A stretch of DNA of 59,246 nt from Actinomycetota bacterium (lineage in GTDB: Bacteria > Actinomycetota > Thermoleophilia > Gaiellales > F1-60-MAGs149), in the NCBI GenBank assembly GCA_005798855.1, contig SYIF01000142.1:1-59246 (forward strand), written 5' to 3'. A program made the translations under genes and the position numbers. This document shows, in pieces, positions 1 through 8,541 of this stretch. Within the stretch, counting starts at the first letter, position 1; each line of letters begins with the position of its first letter. Under the pieces are notes generated by a model that worked only from the letters and a program-made list of their open reading frames with translations, had not been told where the DNA came from and searched no databases.

Positions 1-1
1 C

Positions 2-547
2 TTCATCGACATGCACAAGGAGGGTGCGGCCTACCGCTCCCTGATGAACAGCTTCGCGATTGCCATCTCGCTGGGACTCCAGCATGGTGTGCCGTTGGAA
101 GAGTTCGTAGACGCCTTCGTCTTTACCCGCTTCGAGCCGAACGGCATGGTTGTCGGCAACGAGCGGATCAAGATGTCGACAAGCGTCATCGACTACATCT
201 TCCGTGAGGTCGCGATCTCCTATCTCGACCGCAACGACCTGTCGCACGTGGACGACCAAGACCTGCGCACCGACTCGATCGGTACGCCTAAGTCCGAGCG
301 TCTCAGCACGACACCGGTCGTGGCGATTGGCGCAGCACCAGTGGCACCGGTCACGACGGGCTCCCTGTCGCCCGCCGCGAGAACACGCATGGCGCAACGC
401 CCAGCGCCACTCTTGACCGAGCGGGACGAGGCGCGGCTGAAGGGCTACGAAGGCGACGCCTGCGTCAACTGTGGTCAGATGACTCTGGTCCGCAACGGCA
501 CCTGCCTCAAGTGCATCAGTTGCGGCGAGACGAGTGGCTGCTCATAG
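2..547 (+). CDS. nrdJ: Adenosylcobalamin-dependent (class II) ribonucleotide reductase, C-terminal fragment; 5' end lies outside the window
   Basis: The frame is open from the window edge to TAG at 545-547. The peptide ..[38 protein letters not shown] looks like the conserved C-terminal region of B12-dependent RNRs. It ends in a Cys-rich zinc-ribbon tail (CVNCG...CLKCISCG). Confidence 0.8.
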   Translation, partial: FIDMHKEGAAYRSLMNSFAIAISLGLQHGVPLEEFVDAFVFTRFEPNGMVVGNERIKMSTSVIDYIFREVAISYLDRNDLSHVDDQDLRTDSIGTPKSERLSTTPVVAIGAAPVAPVTTGSLSPAARTRMAQRPAPLLTERDEARLKGYEGDACVNCGQMTLVRNGTCLKCISCGETSGCS

Positions 548-572
548 GTCGCACGACACGCGATGGTTTGTC

Positions 573-598
573 GAAGGGGAGCCTCCGGGCGCCCCTTC
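573..598 (+). terminator. GC-rich hairpin downstream of nrdJ (putative intrinsic terminator)
   Basis: GAAGGGG (573-579) pairs with CCCCTTC (592-598), 26 nt after the nrdJ stop. It is followed by TGCGTTTCGT, so the U-tract is weak. Confidence 0.45.
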
Positions 599-685
599 TG
601 CGTTTCGTGGGGCAGCAACGGATGCATCATCGTGGAGGCGCAGCACGTAGGCTTCCACGCGAGACCGATTGGGAGCTGACTGGAC

Positions 686-1687
686 ATGGCTGACACCTTT
701 AAAGCACTGATGATGCGCGAGATCGAGGACGGCAAGGTTGCCGCCGCGATCGAAGACGTGTCCGTCGTCGACCTTCCCGAAGGCGAGGTCGAGGTACGGA
801 TCGAGCACTCGACGCTCAACTACAAAGACGGCCTCGTCGTTGACGGCAACAAGGGACGGCTCGCCCGCACGTTTCCGCACATTCCGGGTATCGACTTGGC
901 TGGCGTTGTTGAGGCCTCGACCGATAGCCGCTACGCCGTCGGCGACCGAGTCGTCGTGACCGGCTGGCACATGGGCGAGCGCTACTGGGGGGGATTTGCC
1001 GAGCGTGCCCGCGTGCGCGCCGACTGGCTCGTGCAGGTACCGGAGGGCATGACAACGCGTCAGGCGATGGCCGTCGGCACCGCTGGCCTGACATCGATGT
1101 TCGCGCTGATGGCGCTCGAGCAGCAGGGTCTCAAGCCAGGTGGCGACAAGCCCGTCTTGATCACGGGCGGCGCCGGCGGAGTTGGCTCCGTCGCGATCGC
1201 GCTGCTGTCACGCAATGGCTACACCGTGGCGGCCAGCACTGGTCGCCCCGAACTGGCCGACTACCTGACAAAACTTGGTGCACACGAGATCGTCACGCGC
1301 GAAGAGCTTGCCGAGGAATCCAGTTCTCCGCTCGAGTCCGAGCGCTGGGCCGGCTGCATCGACGCGGTGGCAGGCTCGACAATTTCGAAAGTCCTGCGCC
1401 AGCTCGAGCGTGGCGCCTCGGTTGCGGCGTGTGGCCTCGCCGGTGGTGCAACGTTCGAAGGTCACATCATGCCGTTCCTCTTGCGCGGCATTAACTTGCT
1501 TGGCATTGACTCTGTGACGATGCCGCACGACCAGCGCGTGGTGGCCTGGGATCGCGTCGCGAAGGAGCTCGATCTCGCGTTGCTCGACGAGATCACCAGT
1601 GGCTGCTCGCTCGAGGACGTTCCGGCGCAAGCCACGGCCATCCTCAAGGGCCAGGTCAAGGGGCGACTCGTGGTTGATTTCGGCTGA
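686..1687 (+). CDS. NADPH-dependent quinone oxidoreductase / acrylyl-CoA reductase, YhdH/AcuI subfamily of medium-chain dehydrogenases
   Basis: 333 aa. The N-terminus FKALMMRE..GKV...LPEGEVEVRIEHSTLNYKDGL and the GGAGGVGS nucleotide loop are typical of the zinc-free YhdH/AcuI group. Confidence 0.8.
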   Translation: MADTFKALMMREIEDGKVAAAIEDVSVVDLPEGEVEVRIEHSTLNYKDGLVVDGNKGRLARTFPHIPGIDLAGVVEASTDSRYAVGDRVVVTGWHMGERYWGGFAERARVRADWLVQVPEGMTTRQAMAVGTAGLTSMFALMALEQQGLKPGGDKPVLITGGAGGVGSVAIALLSRNGYTVAASTGRPELADYLTKLGAHEIVTREELAEESSSPLESERWAGCIDAVAGSTISKVLRQLERGASVAACGLAGGATFEGHIMPFLLRGINLLGIDSVTMPHDQRVVAWDRVAKELDLALLDEITSGCSLEDVPAQATAILKGQVKGRLVVDFG

Positions 1688-2832
1688 TGCGCGAGGCTGC
1701 GATCGACGTGGCACCGGAGGTGCCGGAGAAGATTGCGTTGGTCATGCGCCGTCAGCGCCGGTCGCTGCGCGCGCTGCGCGCGGAAGGTGTGCTCCTGCCC
1801 GCGCTGCTGCTCGTGCTGGTGCTCGCAATCACGGCGCTTGATGGGGTCATGCCCGTTGGGTTGGGGCTGCTGCTGGCTTTCGTGCCCGTGCCGCTCGTGG
1901 CTGCCATCCTGCTGCGCCTCGATCGCTTCGAGCCGGAACCAACGCGCCTGCTCGTGCGCACGTTTCTGTGGGGTGCCGGTGCGGCCACCTTCATCGCGCT
2001 CGTGATCAATACCGCCGTGGGGCTCGCGTTTGGCGAAGACGCTTCCGCGGTGGCATCCGCACCGATCGTGGAGGAGGGAGCCAAGGCGCTGGCTCTGCTG
2101 TTCGTGATCCGTCGGCGCCCCGGCTTCATCGACGGCGTACACGACGGCATCGTCTACGCCGCATGGGTGGCGCTCGGGTTCGCCACCATCGAGAATATCC
2201 TCTACTACGCGGCCGCATGGAACGATGGTGGCCTCGGCGAACTGACCACGATCTTCGTGCTGCGCGGACTGGTGACGCCACTCTGCCATCCGATTTTCAC
2301 TGCCATGACCGGCATCGCTCTGGGCATCGCGATAAAGCGACGCGGTGGGCGTGCCGGCAAGATTGCGATTGTGCTCGTGGGACTCCTGCTCGCCATAATC
2401 CTGCACGCCCTATGGAATCTCTCGGCCGGTCTCGGGGCCGCGCCGATCGCGTACGTCGCTGGCTACCTGCCGCTCGCCGTGATTGGGATCGTGCTCCTGA
2501 TCTCGGGCGCACGGCGCGAGCGCCGCATCCTGCGCGAGGGGCTGGAGCAGGAGGTCGCGCTCGACACGCTCACCCAGGCCGCCTACGCTCAGCTGATTGC
2601 CGGGGGGCGCACGCGCGGACGCATGCGTCGGCATGCTCGCCGTGCCGGGCGGGACGCGCGGCGCCTGCTGTATCAGTACGAAGCCGCCGCCTACGAGTTG
2701 GCGCACGCGAACGTGCGTGGTGAGCGGCCTGGGCGACCGAACGTCATCGAGACTGCCTCGGCCTGTCGAGCCTGCCTGATCAGCGCCCGCACCGAGATCG
2801 ACGACCTAGCACCGGGACTCGTCGCGACCTGA
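1687..2832 (+). CDS. PrsW-family intramembrane metalloprotease
   Basis: 381 aa, polytopic. It carries FEPEP, IVEEGAKALA (EExxK), GFATIENILY and ILHALWN (HxxxN) motifs. The start forms an ATGA overlap with the upstream stop. Confidence 0.8.
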   Translation: MREAAIDVAPEVPEKIALVMRRQRRSLRALRAEGVLLPALLLVLVLAITALDGVMPVGLGLLLAFVPVPLVAAILLRLDRFEPEPTRLLVRTFLWGAGAATFIALVINTAVGLAFGEDASAVASAPIVEEGAKALALLFVIRRRPGFIDGVHDGIVYAAWVALGFATIENILYYAAAWNDGGLGELTTIFVLRGLVTPLCHPIFTAMTGIALGIAIKRRGGRAGKIAIVLVGLLLAIILHALWNLSAGLGAAPIAYVAGYLPLAVIGIVLLISGARRERRILREGLEQEVALDTLTQAAYAQLIAGGRTRGRMRRHARRAGRDARRLLYQYEAAAYELAHANVRGERPGRPNVIETASACRACLISARTEIDDLAPGLVAT

Positions 2833-2860
2833 CGCCATCGCCTGTCGCTATGGTGACCGC

Positions 2861-4108
2861 ATGCGCGTGGCGATCATCGGCGGCGGAGTGGTGGGACTGG
2901 CCTGCGGCTGGTCGTTGGCTCAGCGCGGCGTCGAAGTCGTCGTGATTGAACGAGATGTAATCGGCGAGGGCGCTTCGAAGGGCAATACCGGTTGGGTCTC
3001 ACCGACGATCTCGTTTCCCCTTGCCTCGCCCGGTACCCTCGCGATGGGGCTCAAGAGCGCGTTCGACCCAAACGGCGCGCTGGTGATTCGCCCCGAGCTT
3101 GATACGCGCTGGTTGCGGTGGCTGTGGGCTTTCCGAGGCGCCGCAACGCGCGAACGTTTTCTACGAGGTGTCGAGGCGCTCCATAATCTCAATCGCCGCA
3201 CCTTCGAGGTGCTCGACGCCTATCAGGCCGACGGCATCCCGTTCGAGATGCACGCCGGGGGCATCCTCACGCTCGGCAAGACCGAGAAGGGGATCGCCTG
3301 GTTCGCGCCCGTCTTCGAGGATCTCAAGAAGGTCGGGTTCGAAGGAAAGATCGAGACGTTGACGCCTGACGAGGCGCGCAAGATCGAGCCCGCGATTGGC
3401 GAGCAGGTCAAGTTTGTGGTGCGCACGACGATCGATCGCTACGTACAGCCGCAGTCGCTGATGCGCGGACTCGCAGACCGCATCGTCGAACTGGGGCACA
3501 CCGTGCTGGAGCAGACGACGGTTAAGGGCATGCGACCAACGGCGTCCGGCTGGGAGATCGACACCAACACGGGACCGATCAACGCTGACCGCGTGATCGT
3601 GGCGACGGGTGCGTTGAGCCCAGCGCTCCTCAAGCCACTCGGGATCGAGGTGCCGATCGTGCCGGCCAAGGGCTACTCGATCACGCTGCGAGGCGAGGGC
3701 GTCCGGCCATCGCAGGCGCTTTATATGACGGAATCGAAGATCGGTGTCTCGGGCTTTGAGGAGGGCGTGCGCATTGCCGGTGTCTTCGAGCTGCCGGGCA
3801 AGGATCTGACGATTGACAAGCGCCGACTCGATGTTGTCGTCAAGGACGCCTGTTCGTACCTCGTGGACTGGCATCCATCGACGAGTGAGACGAGCGTGGA
3901 GGGTTGGGCCGGCTTCCGACCTGCGACTCCAGACTCGCTACCACTGCTCGGCCCCGTCCCAGGGCATGACGGCCTCTATCTGGCCACGGGCCACGGCATG
4001 CTCGGGGTCACGCTGGCGCCCTCGACGGGTGCGTTGCTTGCCGACATGATCCTCGACGGTGTCGCTCCGGCGTGGGTTGCGCCGATGCGGCCAGACCGGC
4101 GCTTCTAG
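2861..4108 (+). CDS. FAD-dependent oxidoreductase, D-amino-acid dehydrogenase (DadA/DAO)-like
   Basis: 415 aa. It has an N-terminal dinucleotide loop (VAIIGGGVVGLACG), followed by EGASKGNTGW as in DadA-type enzymes. Confidence 0.7.
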   Translation: MRVAIIGGGVVGLACGWSLAQRGVEVVVIERDVIGEGASKGNTGWVSPTISFPLASPGTLAMGLKSAFDPNGALVIRPELDTRWLRWLWAFRGAATRERFLRGVEALHNLNRRTFEVLDAYQADGIPFEMHAGGILTLGKTEKGIAWFAPVFEDLKKVGFEGKIETLTPDEARKIEPAIGEQVKFVVRTTIDRYVQPQSLMRGLADRIVELGHTVLEQTTVKGMRPTASGWEIDTNTGPINADRVIVATGALSPALLKPLGIEVPIVPAKGYSITLRGEGVRPSQALYMTESKIGVSGFEEGVRIAGVFELPGKDLTIDKRRLDVVVKDACSYLVDWHPSTSETSVEGWAGFRPATPDSLPLLGPVPGHDGLYLATGHGMLGVTLAPSTGALLADMILDGVAPAWVAPMRPDRRF

Positions 4109-4137
4109 TCCCCCTCGTAAGCGGGTAGCATGGCGTC

Positions 4138-4773
4138 ATGCAGCAACCGGTCCTCCAGATTTGCGACCACCCGTTAGTCCAGCACAAGGTCGCCTTGCTT
4201 CGCGATGCGTCCACCTCGACACGCGACTTTCGGGCGCTCTCGTCCGAGCTTGCGGGGGTGCTTGCCTACGAAGCAACGCGTGACCTTGATCTTGAGGACG
4301 TGACGGTGACGACGCCGATCAAAGACACGATCGGACGCAAGGTGACCGGCAAGAAGGTTGGTGTCGTGCCGATCCTGCGCGCCGGCGTCGGCATGCTCGA
4401 CGGTGTGCTCGCCATGATCCCCGTCGCGCGCGTGGGATTTCTCGGCATGTATCGCGATGAGGACACCCTGCAGCCAGTCTCGTACTACGAGAAGTTGCCG
4501 AAGGATCTCGGCGATCGTCTGATGCTGATCATCGATCCAATGCTCGCGACTGGTGGTTCGGCGTCGTACGCGGCTCAGGTCTGTAAAGACCGTGGAGCAC
4601 ACACTGTCAAGTTGCTTTCGTTGATTGCCGCGCCCGAGGGTGTCGAGCGCATGCACGCCGATCATACCGACGTTGCCATTCATGTTGCGGCCCTGGACGA
4701 GTGCCTCAACGAGAAGGGCTTCATCGTGCCCGGCCTTGGCGATGCGGGCGACCGGCTCTGGGGTACGCGCTAG
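4138..4773 (+). CDS. upp: Uracil phosphoribosyltransferase
   Basis: 211 aa. It has HPLVQHK..LR near the N-terminus, the PRPP loop LIIDPMLATGGS, and a C-terminal PGLGDAGDRLWGT. Confidence 0.95.
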   Translation: MQQPVLQICDHPLVQHKVALLRDASTSTRDFRALSSELAGVLAYEATRDLDLEDVTVTTPIKDTIGRKVTGKKVGVVPILRAGVGMLDGVLAMIPVARVGFLGMYRDEDTLQPVSYYEKLPKDLGDRLMLIIDPMLATGGSASYAAQVCKDRGAHTVKLLSLIAAPEGVERMHADHTDVAIHVAALDECLNEKGFIVPGLGDAGDRLWGTR

Positions 4774-6032
4774 CTGCGAATCGGCCAGGTCAGCCGAATC
4801 AGGCCGCCCAACATGAAGGCGGGGAGCGTGGCGCCGAGTGCACTATCGAATGGCGGCGTAATGTGGTCTGCGAGGCCAAGTAGATGGGTGGGGCTGAGCC
4901 ACTCGTAGACGAGAAAACCGACGAGCCACGCAGTGACCGTCGCCATCGGCGCCACGGGGCGTAGGCGATTGGCGAAGCCGGCACCAAAGAGGGGGACGAA
5001 GACAGCGCCGAGCAGGTAGAGAACGTCGGAGAATCGGTCGAGCGAGATTGTCAGTGCGCCGATCGTGACGATGATCCCAATTACGATCGCGATTAGAGCC
5101 TGTGGAGCGCGGGGTGCGAGGTTGCGGACGGAGACTGCCGTGGAATAGATATTGGCAAAGGCCTTTTCCGATTCGTCCACCACGAGGATCGATGCCACCA
5201 GCACGCCGAGTGGCAACGCCAGCATGACCGCCCGCCGCCTTGGGCCGAGTCGATCACACCAGCGTGGACTGCAGCTAAGGCGCCAACGGCAAACGTGACG
5301 GTGCTCGCCCCGAAGTATCCGAGTGACGTTCCGACTGCAGCTCCGCGCACCGTCTTTGAAAGACGCGCGTAGTCGGGCACGAGTGGGAGCCACGAGGAGA
5401 AACTCGCGACCACCAGATCGATCGCGACCACCAGGCCGATGCCACCCGCGGCGGCGTTGGCCAGTTCCGACGATGTGTCATCGAGGGCGAGGCGAATCAG
5501 GAGATAAAAAAATCGAAGTGACGCCAAGCGGCGCCATCAATCGACGGAGGAGCTTGCGCACCACGAGTTCTGGTCCCAACACGGCCAGCAGTGTCCCGAG
5601 CACGCCAGCGGCGATGACGAAGGGCCAACGAGCATCAACGCCGACAACGAGCCGCGCTGCCTCAGCGATGACCAAAATCTCGAACGTGCTCCAGCCGACC
5701 CCCTGAGCGATGTTGAGCACCGTCGGAATGTACGAGCCGCGCGTCCCGAGAGCGCGGCGCAGGACGACCATTCCGGTCTGACCCGTGCTCGCACCAAGTG
5801 CCGCCGCGGCGGCCAGCAGGGTGCCGCCGATGATTCCCCCGACGACGATCGCGATCAGTGCACGCGAGAGGCCGGCGCCATAGGCAATCAGCCCCGCGCC
5901 CGCAACGACTCCGAGTAGGCTGATGCCCATGGTCGACCACAGCACGCCGACATCGATGCCTTAGAGGTGGCGTTCGACGAGAGGTATCGGCTCGGTGATC
6001 GGCCGATCGATACGTTCGTGGGGCAGGGCCAT
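4770..6032 (-). pseudogene. NCS1-family nucleobase (cytosine/purine/uracil-type) permease, disrupted by one in-frame TAA and at least two frameshifts
   Basis: The minus-strand reading starts ATG 6032-6030 with GGGAGAG upstream: MALPHERIDRPITEPIPLVERHL, then TAA (plus-strand tta at 5961-5963), then GIDVGVLWSTMGISLL.. It continues in ORF 5478..5945, switches frame at an A7/T7 homopolymer (5506-5512) into ORF 5093..5527, and switches again near 5225-5250 into ORF 4770..5393. Joined, the pieces give about 420 aa of continuous polytopic permease-like sequence. Confidence 0.8.
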
Positions 6033-6117
6033 CGTCGAGCTCTCCCGAGGTGCGGTGCGTCGATTGGACGCGCTGCACCGCGCCGTAGAACGAAGGGGAC
6101 CCCAGCGGTTGCTCGAC

Positions 6118-6855
6118 TTAGAGGCCAAGGATGGAGCCATCGACCATGCGCGTGGCTACGGCTTTGCCGACGACTTCGGCAGCCATCGTTCGCGCCACAT
6201 CCAGTCGAACGGGCGACTTCGCGCCATGACCGTCAGAACCGATCAGGTCGACCAGACCCTCCATCAGCAGGCGACGGGCCTCGACGTCGCAGCCGGGACC
6301 ATCGGCGCCCGTCAGTCCCGAGGCGTCGATTTGTAGGAGCGCGCCTGCAGCCTTCATCCGCTCGGCAAAGCCATAGTCGTGCTCGCCACGCCAGCAGGCG
6401 CGTCGCTCGGGGTGCGCAAGAATCGGCGTCAGGCCTTCGGCACGAATGCGCCGGGCATAGCGCTCCGTCGTCGAGTCGCCAACCCACGGCACGGCCTGAG
6501 GGCCGTCCATCAAGACGAACTCCGTGCCCGTCAAGCGAAAGCGATGGATATCGTCGTCGGCGCGCAACCGGTGTGGTCGCGCCGTGACCTCGAAGCCGAG
6601 GCGGACTTCGATATCGGCTGGTGCCTGTTCGACGATCGCTGCAAAGTTGCGTCGAATACGAGCGATCCGCGCTTGCGACGCGTTCCAATTGTGATACGGG
6701 GGGACGACGTGGGGGGTGGCGAAGACGAGGCGTGTGCCGGTATCGCGGGCCTCGGTCAAAAGGCGGAGAGATTCTTCGAGCGACCGCGCACCATCATCGA
6801 CGCCAAAGACAAGATGCGAGTGGACGTCGACGTAGCCAGCCATCGACTGCAGCAT
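6118..6855 (-). CDS. PHP-domain Mn-dependent protein-tyrosine phosphatase (CpsB/YwqE-like)
   Basis: 245 aa. The N-terminal YVDVHSHLVFGVDDGARSLEESL signature matches the CpsB/YwqE PHP phosphatases. Further His/Asp metal ligands are present (ATPHV, AHPER, GSDGHG). Confidence 0.75.
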   Translation of the reverse strand: MLQSMAGYVDVHSHLVFGVDDGARSLEESLRLLTEARDTGTRLVFATPHVVPPYHNWNASQARIARIRRNFAAIVEQAPADIEVRLGFEVTARPHRLRADDDIHRFRLTGTEFVLMDGPQAVPWVGDSTTERYARRIRAEGLTPILAHPERRACWRGEHDYGFAERMKAAGALLQIDASGLTGADGPGCDVEARRLLMEGLVDLIGSDGHGAKSPVRLDVARTMAAEVVGKAVATRMVDGSILGL

Positions 6856-6914
6856 CGCACGACTCGAGCCGGACCGGGTGGAAATCGGGTGACGAAACCA
6901 GTAGGCGGGCAGTC

Positions 6915-6931
6915 AAATGGTATGACCATTT
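6915..6931. promoter_or_regulatory. Perfect 7-3-7 AT-rich palindrome AAATGGT-ATG-ACCATTT (GntR/PdhR-like operator shape) in a divergent promoter region
   Basis: Read directly from the sequence. It lies between the phosphatase start (6855, minus strand) and the epimerase pseudogene start (6957, plus strand). The core TGGT-N3-ACCA resembles FadR/PdhR-subfamily GntR operators. No regulator gene is adjacent. Confidence 0.4.
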
Positions 6932-6956
6932 ATGACTCGAACGAGACGTCCTCACC

Positions 6957-7811
6957 GTGCCTGCTGATCTCGGACTGACAACATGGAATTGGGTTTCTCC
7001 GCTGACCGACGCCGGTCTACCTGAGGTCTTGTAGCAGATTAGGGAGGTTGGCTACGACCGTGCTGAGCTGCCCTTTGAAACGCTCAACGGATTCTCGCCC
7101 GAGTACGCTCGGGAGGTTTTAGAGGAGCTCGGGCTGGGAGCGACGACGGTCGGCGCGATTACCGACGATCGCGACCTACTTTCAGCCGATGTTGCGATCA
7201 GTCAGAACGGCCACAACTTCTTGATCGGTGCTATCGACGCAGCCACAGCGCTGGGATCGCCGACGATGAGTGGACCGATTTATTCTGCGGTCGGACGTTG
7301 TTGGTTGCAGTCAGCGGACGAACGTAAGCGCGACATTGCAACGCTCGTCGAACGACTTTCGCCGATTGCCGAGCACGCTGCGACTCAAGGCGTCGTGCTT
7401 GGGCTGGAGCCGCTCAACCGCTTCGAGACGAGCTTTATCAACCTCGTTGATCATGCGTTGGAGGTAATCGAACGCATCGATAGTCCTGGACTCGGATTGC
7501 TGCTGGACACGTTCCATATGAACATCGAAGAGAAGTCGATCGGAGATGCGATCCGCATGGCTGGGCGTCACGTTGTCCACTTCCATGCGTGCGAGAATGA
7601 CCGGGGCACGCCAGGATCGGGACACGTCCCATGGGGTGAGGTTGCACAGGCGCTGCGAGACATCGATTACACCGGCCCGATCGTGATCGAGACCTTCAAT
7701 CCTCGCATCGAGACAATCGCGCGCGCGGTTTCGGCCTGGCGGGATTTTGCGCCTTCGCCTGAGTCGCTCGCCGTGGAGGGTTACGCCTTCCTCCGCTCGA
7801 CGTTCGGCTAG
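6957..7811 (+). pseudogene. Sugar-phosphate/ketose 3-epimerase-like TIM-barrel protein (xylose isomerase-like fold) with an in-frame TAG
   Basis: The same frame as ORF 7221..7811 reads VPADLGLTTWNWVSPLTDAGLPEVL, then TAG (7032-7034), then QIREVGYDRAELPFE...ISQNGHNFLIGAID.. This is a continuous epimerase-like N-terminus upstream of the TTG called by the ORF track. The C-terminal part carries LEPLNRFET, DTFHMNIEE and HFHACENDRG motifs. Confidence 0.75.
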
Positions 7812-7849
7812 GACTCGTTCCTCGGGAGAGTGCCTGCAACTATCTTGGC

Positions 7850-8497
7850 ATGCTGATTCTCCTGCCACCCAGTGAAGGCAAGGCGACGCCGGAGCGCGGA
7901 CGGCCGATTGAGTTGACGCGGTTGTCGTTTTCTTCACTGACCGACCAGCGGCGAGTATTGCTGTCGGCGGAGCAGGCAGCAGCACCTGCGCTGCCGGCGC
8001 GGCTCTTGTACACAGGCGTGCTGTACGCGGCGCTTGATCTGCCATCGCTGTCCGCGAACGTTCAGCGCCAGTTCGTGATCATCTCAGCCCAGTTTGGCGC
8101 CATTCGACCGGCCGATCGGATCCCGACGTATAAGCGCGTGATCGATGCCAAGTCCTGGCGGCCGTTGTTGGAGCCCGAGCTGGCGCGGGCCGCAGGGCGC
8201 GGTGTGATTCTTGATTGCCGATCAGCAACGTACGTCGCTGCCTGGCGTCCAGCCTCTGCGCAGGCCGCGCAGACTGCGCACGTTGCCGTCGTCCAGAAGC
8301 GAAACGGCAAACGCACGGTCGTCTCTCACAATGCAAAGCACACGCGCGGCGAGGTTGCAAGGTTTGTCGCCGCGTCCGGAGAGCAGCCGCGATCGGTGCC
8401 AGCTCTTGCCACGCTCGTTCGTCGCGCATTTGCCTGCGAGCTTGAGGAGCCCACGCGCGACGGCGCACCTTGGCAGCTGACAATCGTGACGCGGTAG
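7850..8497 (+). CDS. yaaA: YaaA-family (DUF328) peroxide-stress protein
   Basis: 215 aa. The N-terminus MLILLPPSEGK is diagnostic of the YaaA/UPF0246 family. Confidence 0.8.
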   Translation: MLILLPPSEGKATPERGRPIELTRLSFSSLTDQRRVLLSAEQAAAPALPARLLYTGVLYAALDLPSLSANVQRQFVIISAQFGAIRPADRIPTYKRVIDAKSWRPLLEPELARAAGRGVILDCRSATYVAAWRPASAQAAQTAHVAVVQKRNGKRTVVSHNAKHTRGEVARFVAASGEQPRSVPALATLVRRAFACELEEPTRDGAPWQLTIVTR

Positions 8498-8504
8498 TCG
8501 GTCG

Positions 8505-8538
8505 GGGGACATGACAAACCCCGGTTTGTGGTGTCCCC
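8505..8538. terminator. Bidirectional hairpin between convergent genes; copy 1 of a repeated element
   Basis: GGGGACA..ACAAAC-CCCG-GTTTGT..TGTCCCC, about 13 bp of stem. It sits 8 nt after the yaaA stop and 4 nt from the stop of the minus-strand gene. The left arm GGGGGACATGACA (8504-8516) is identical to 25858-25870. Confidence 0.6.
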
Positions 8539-8541
8539 GTG

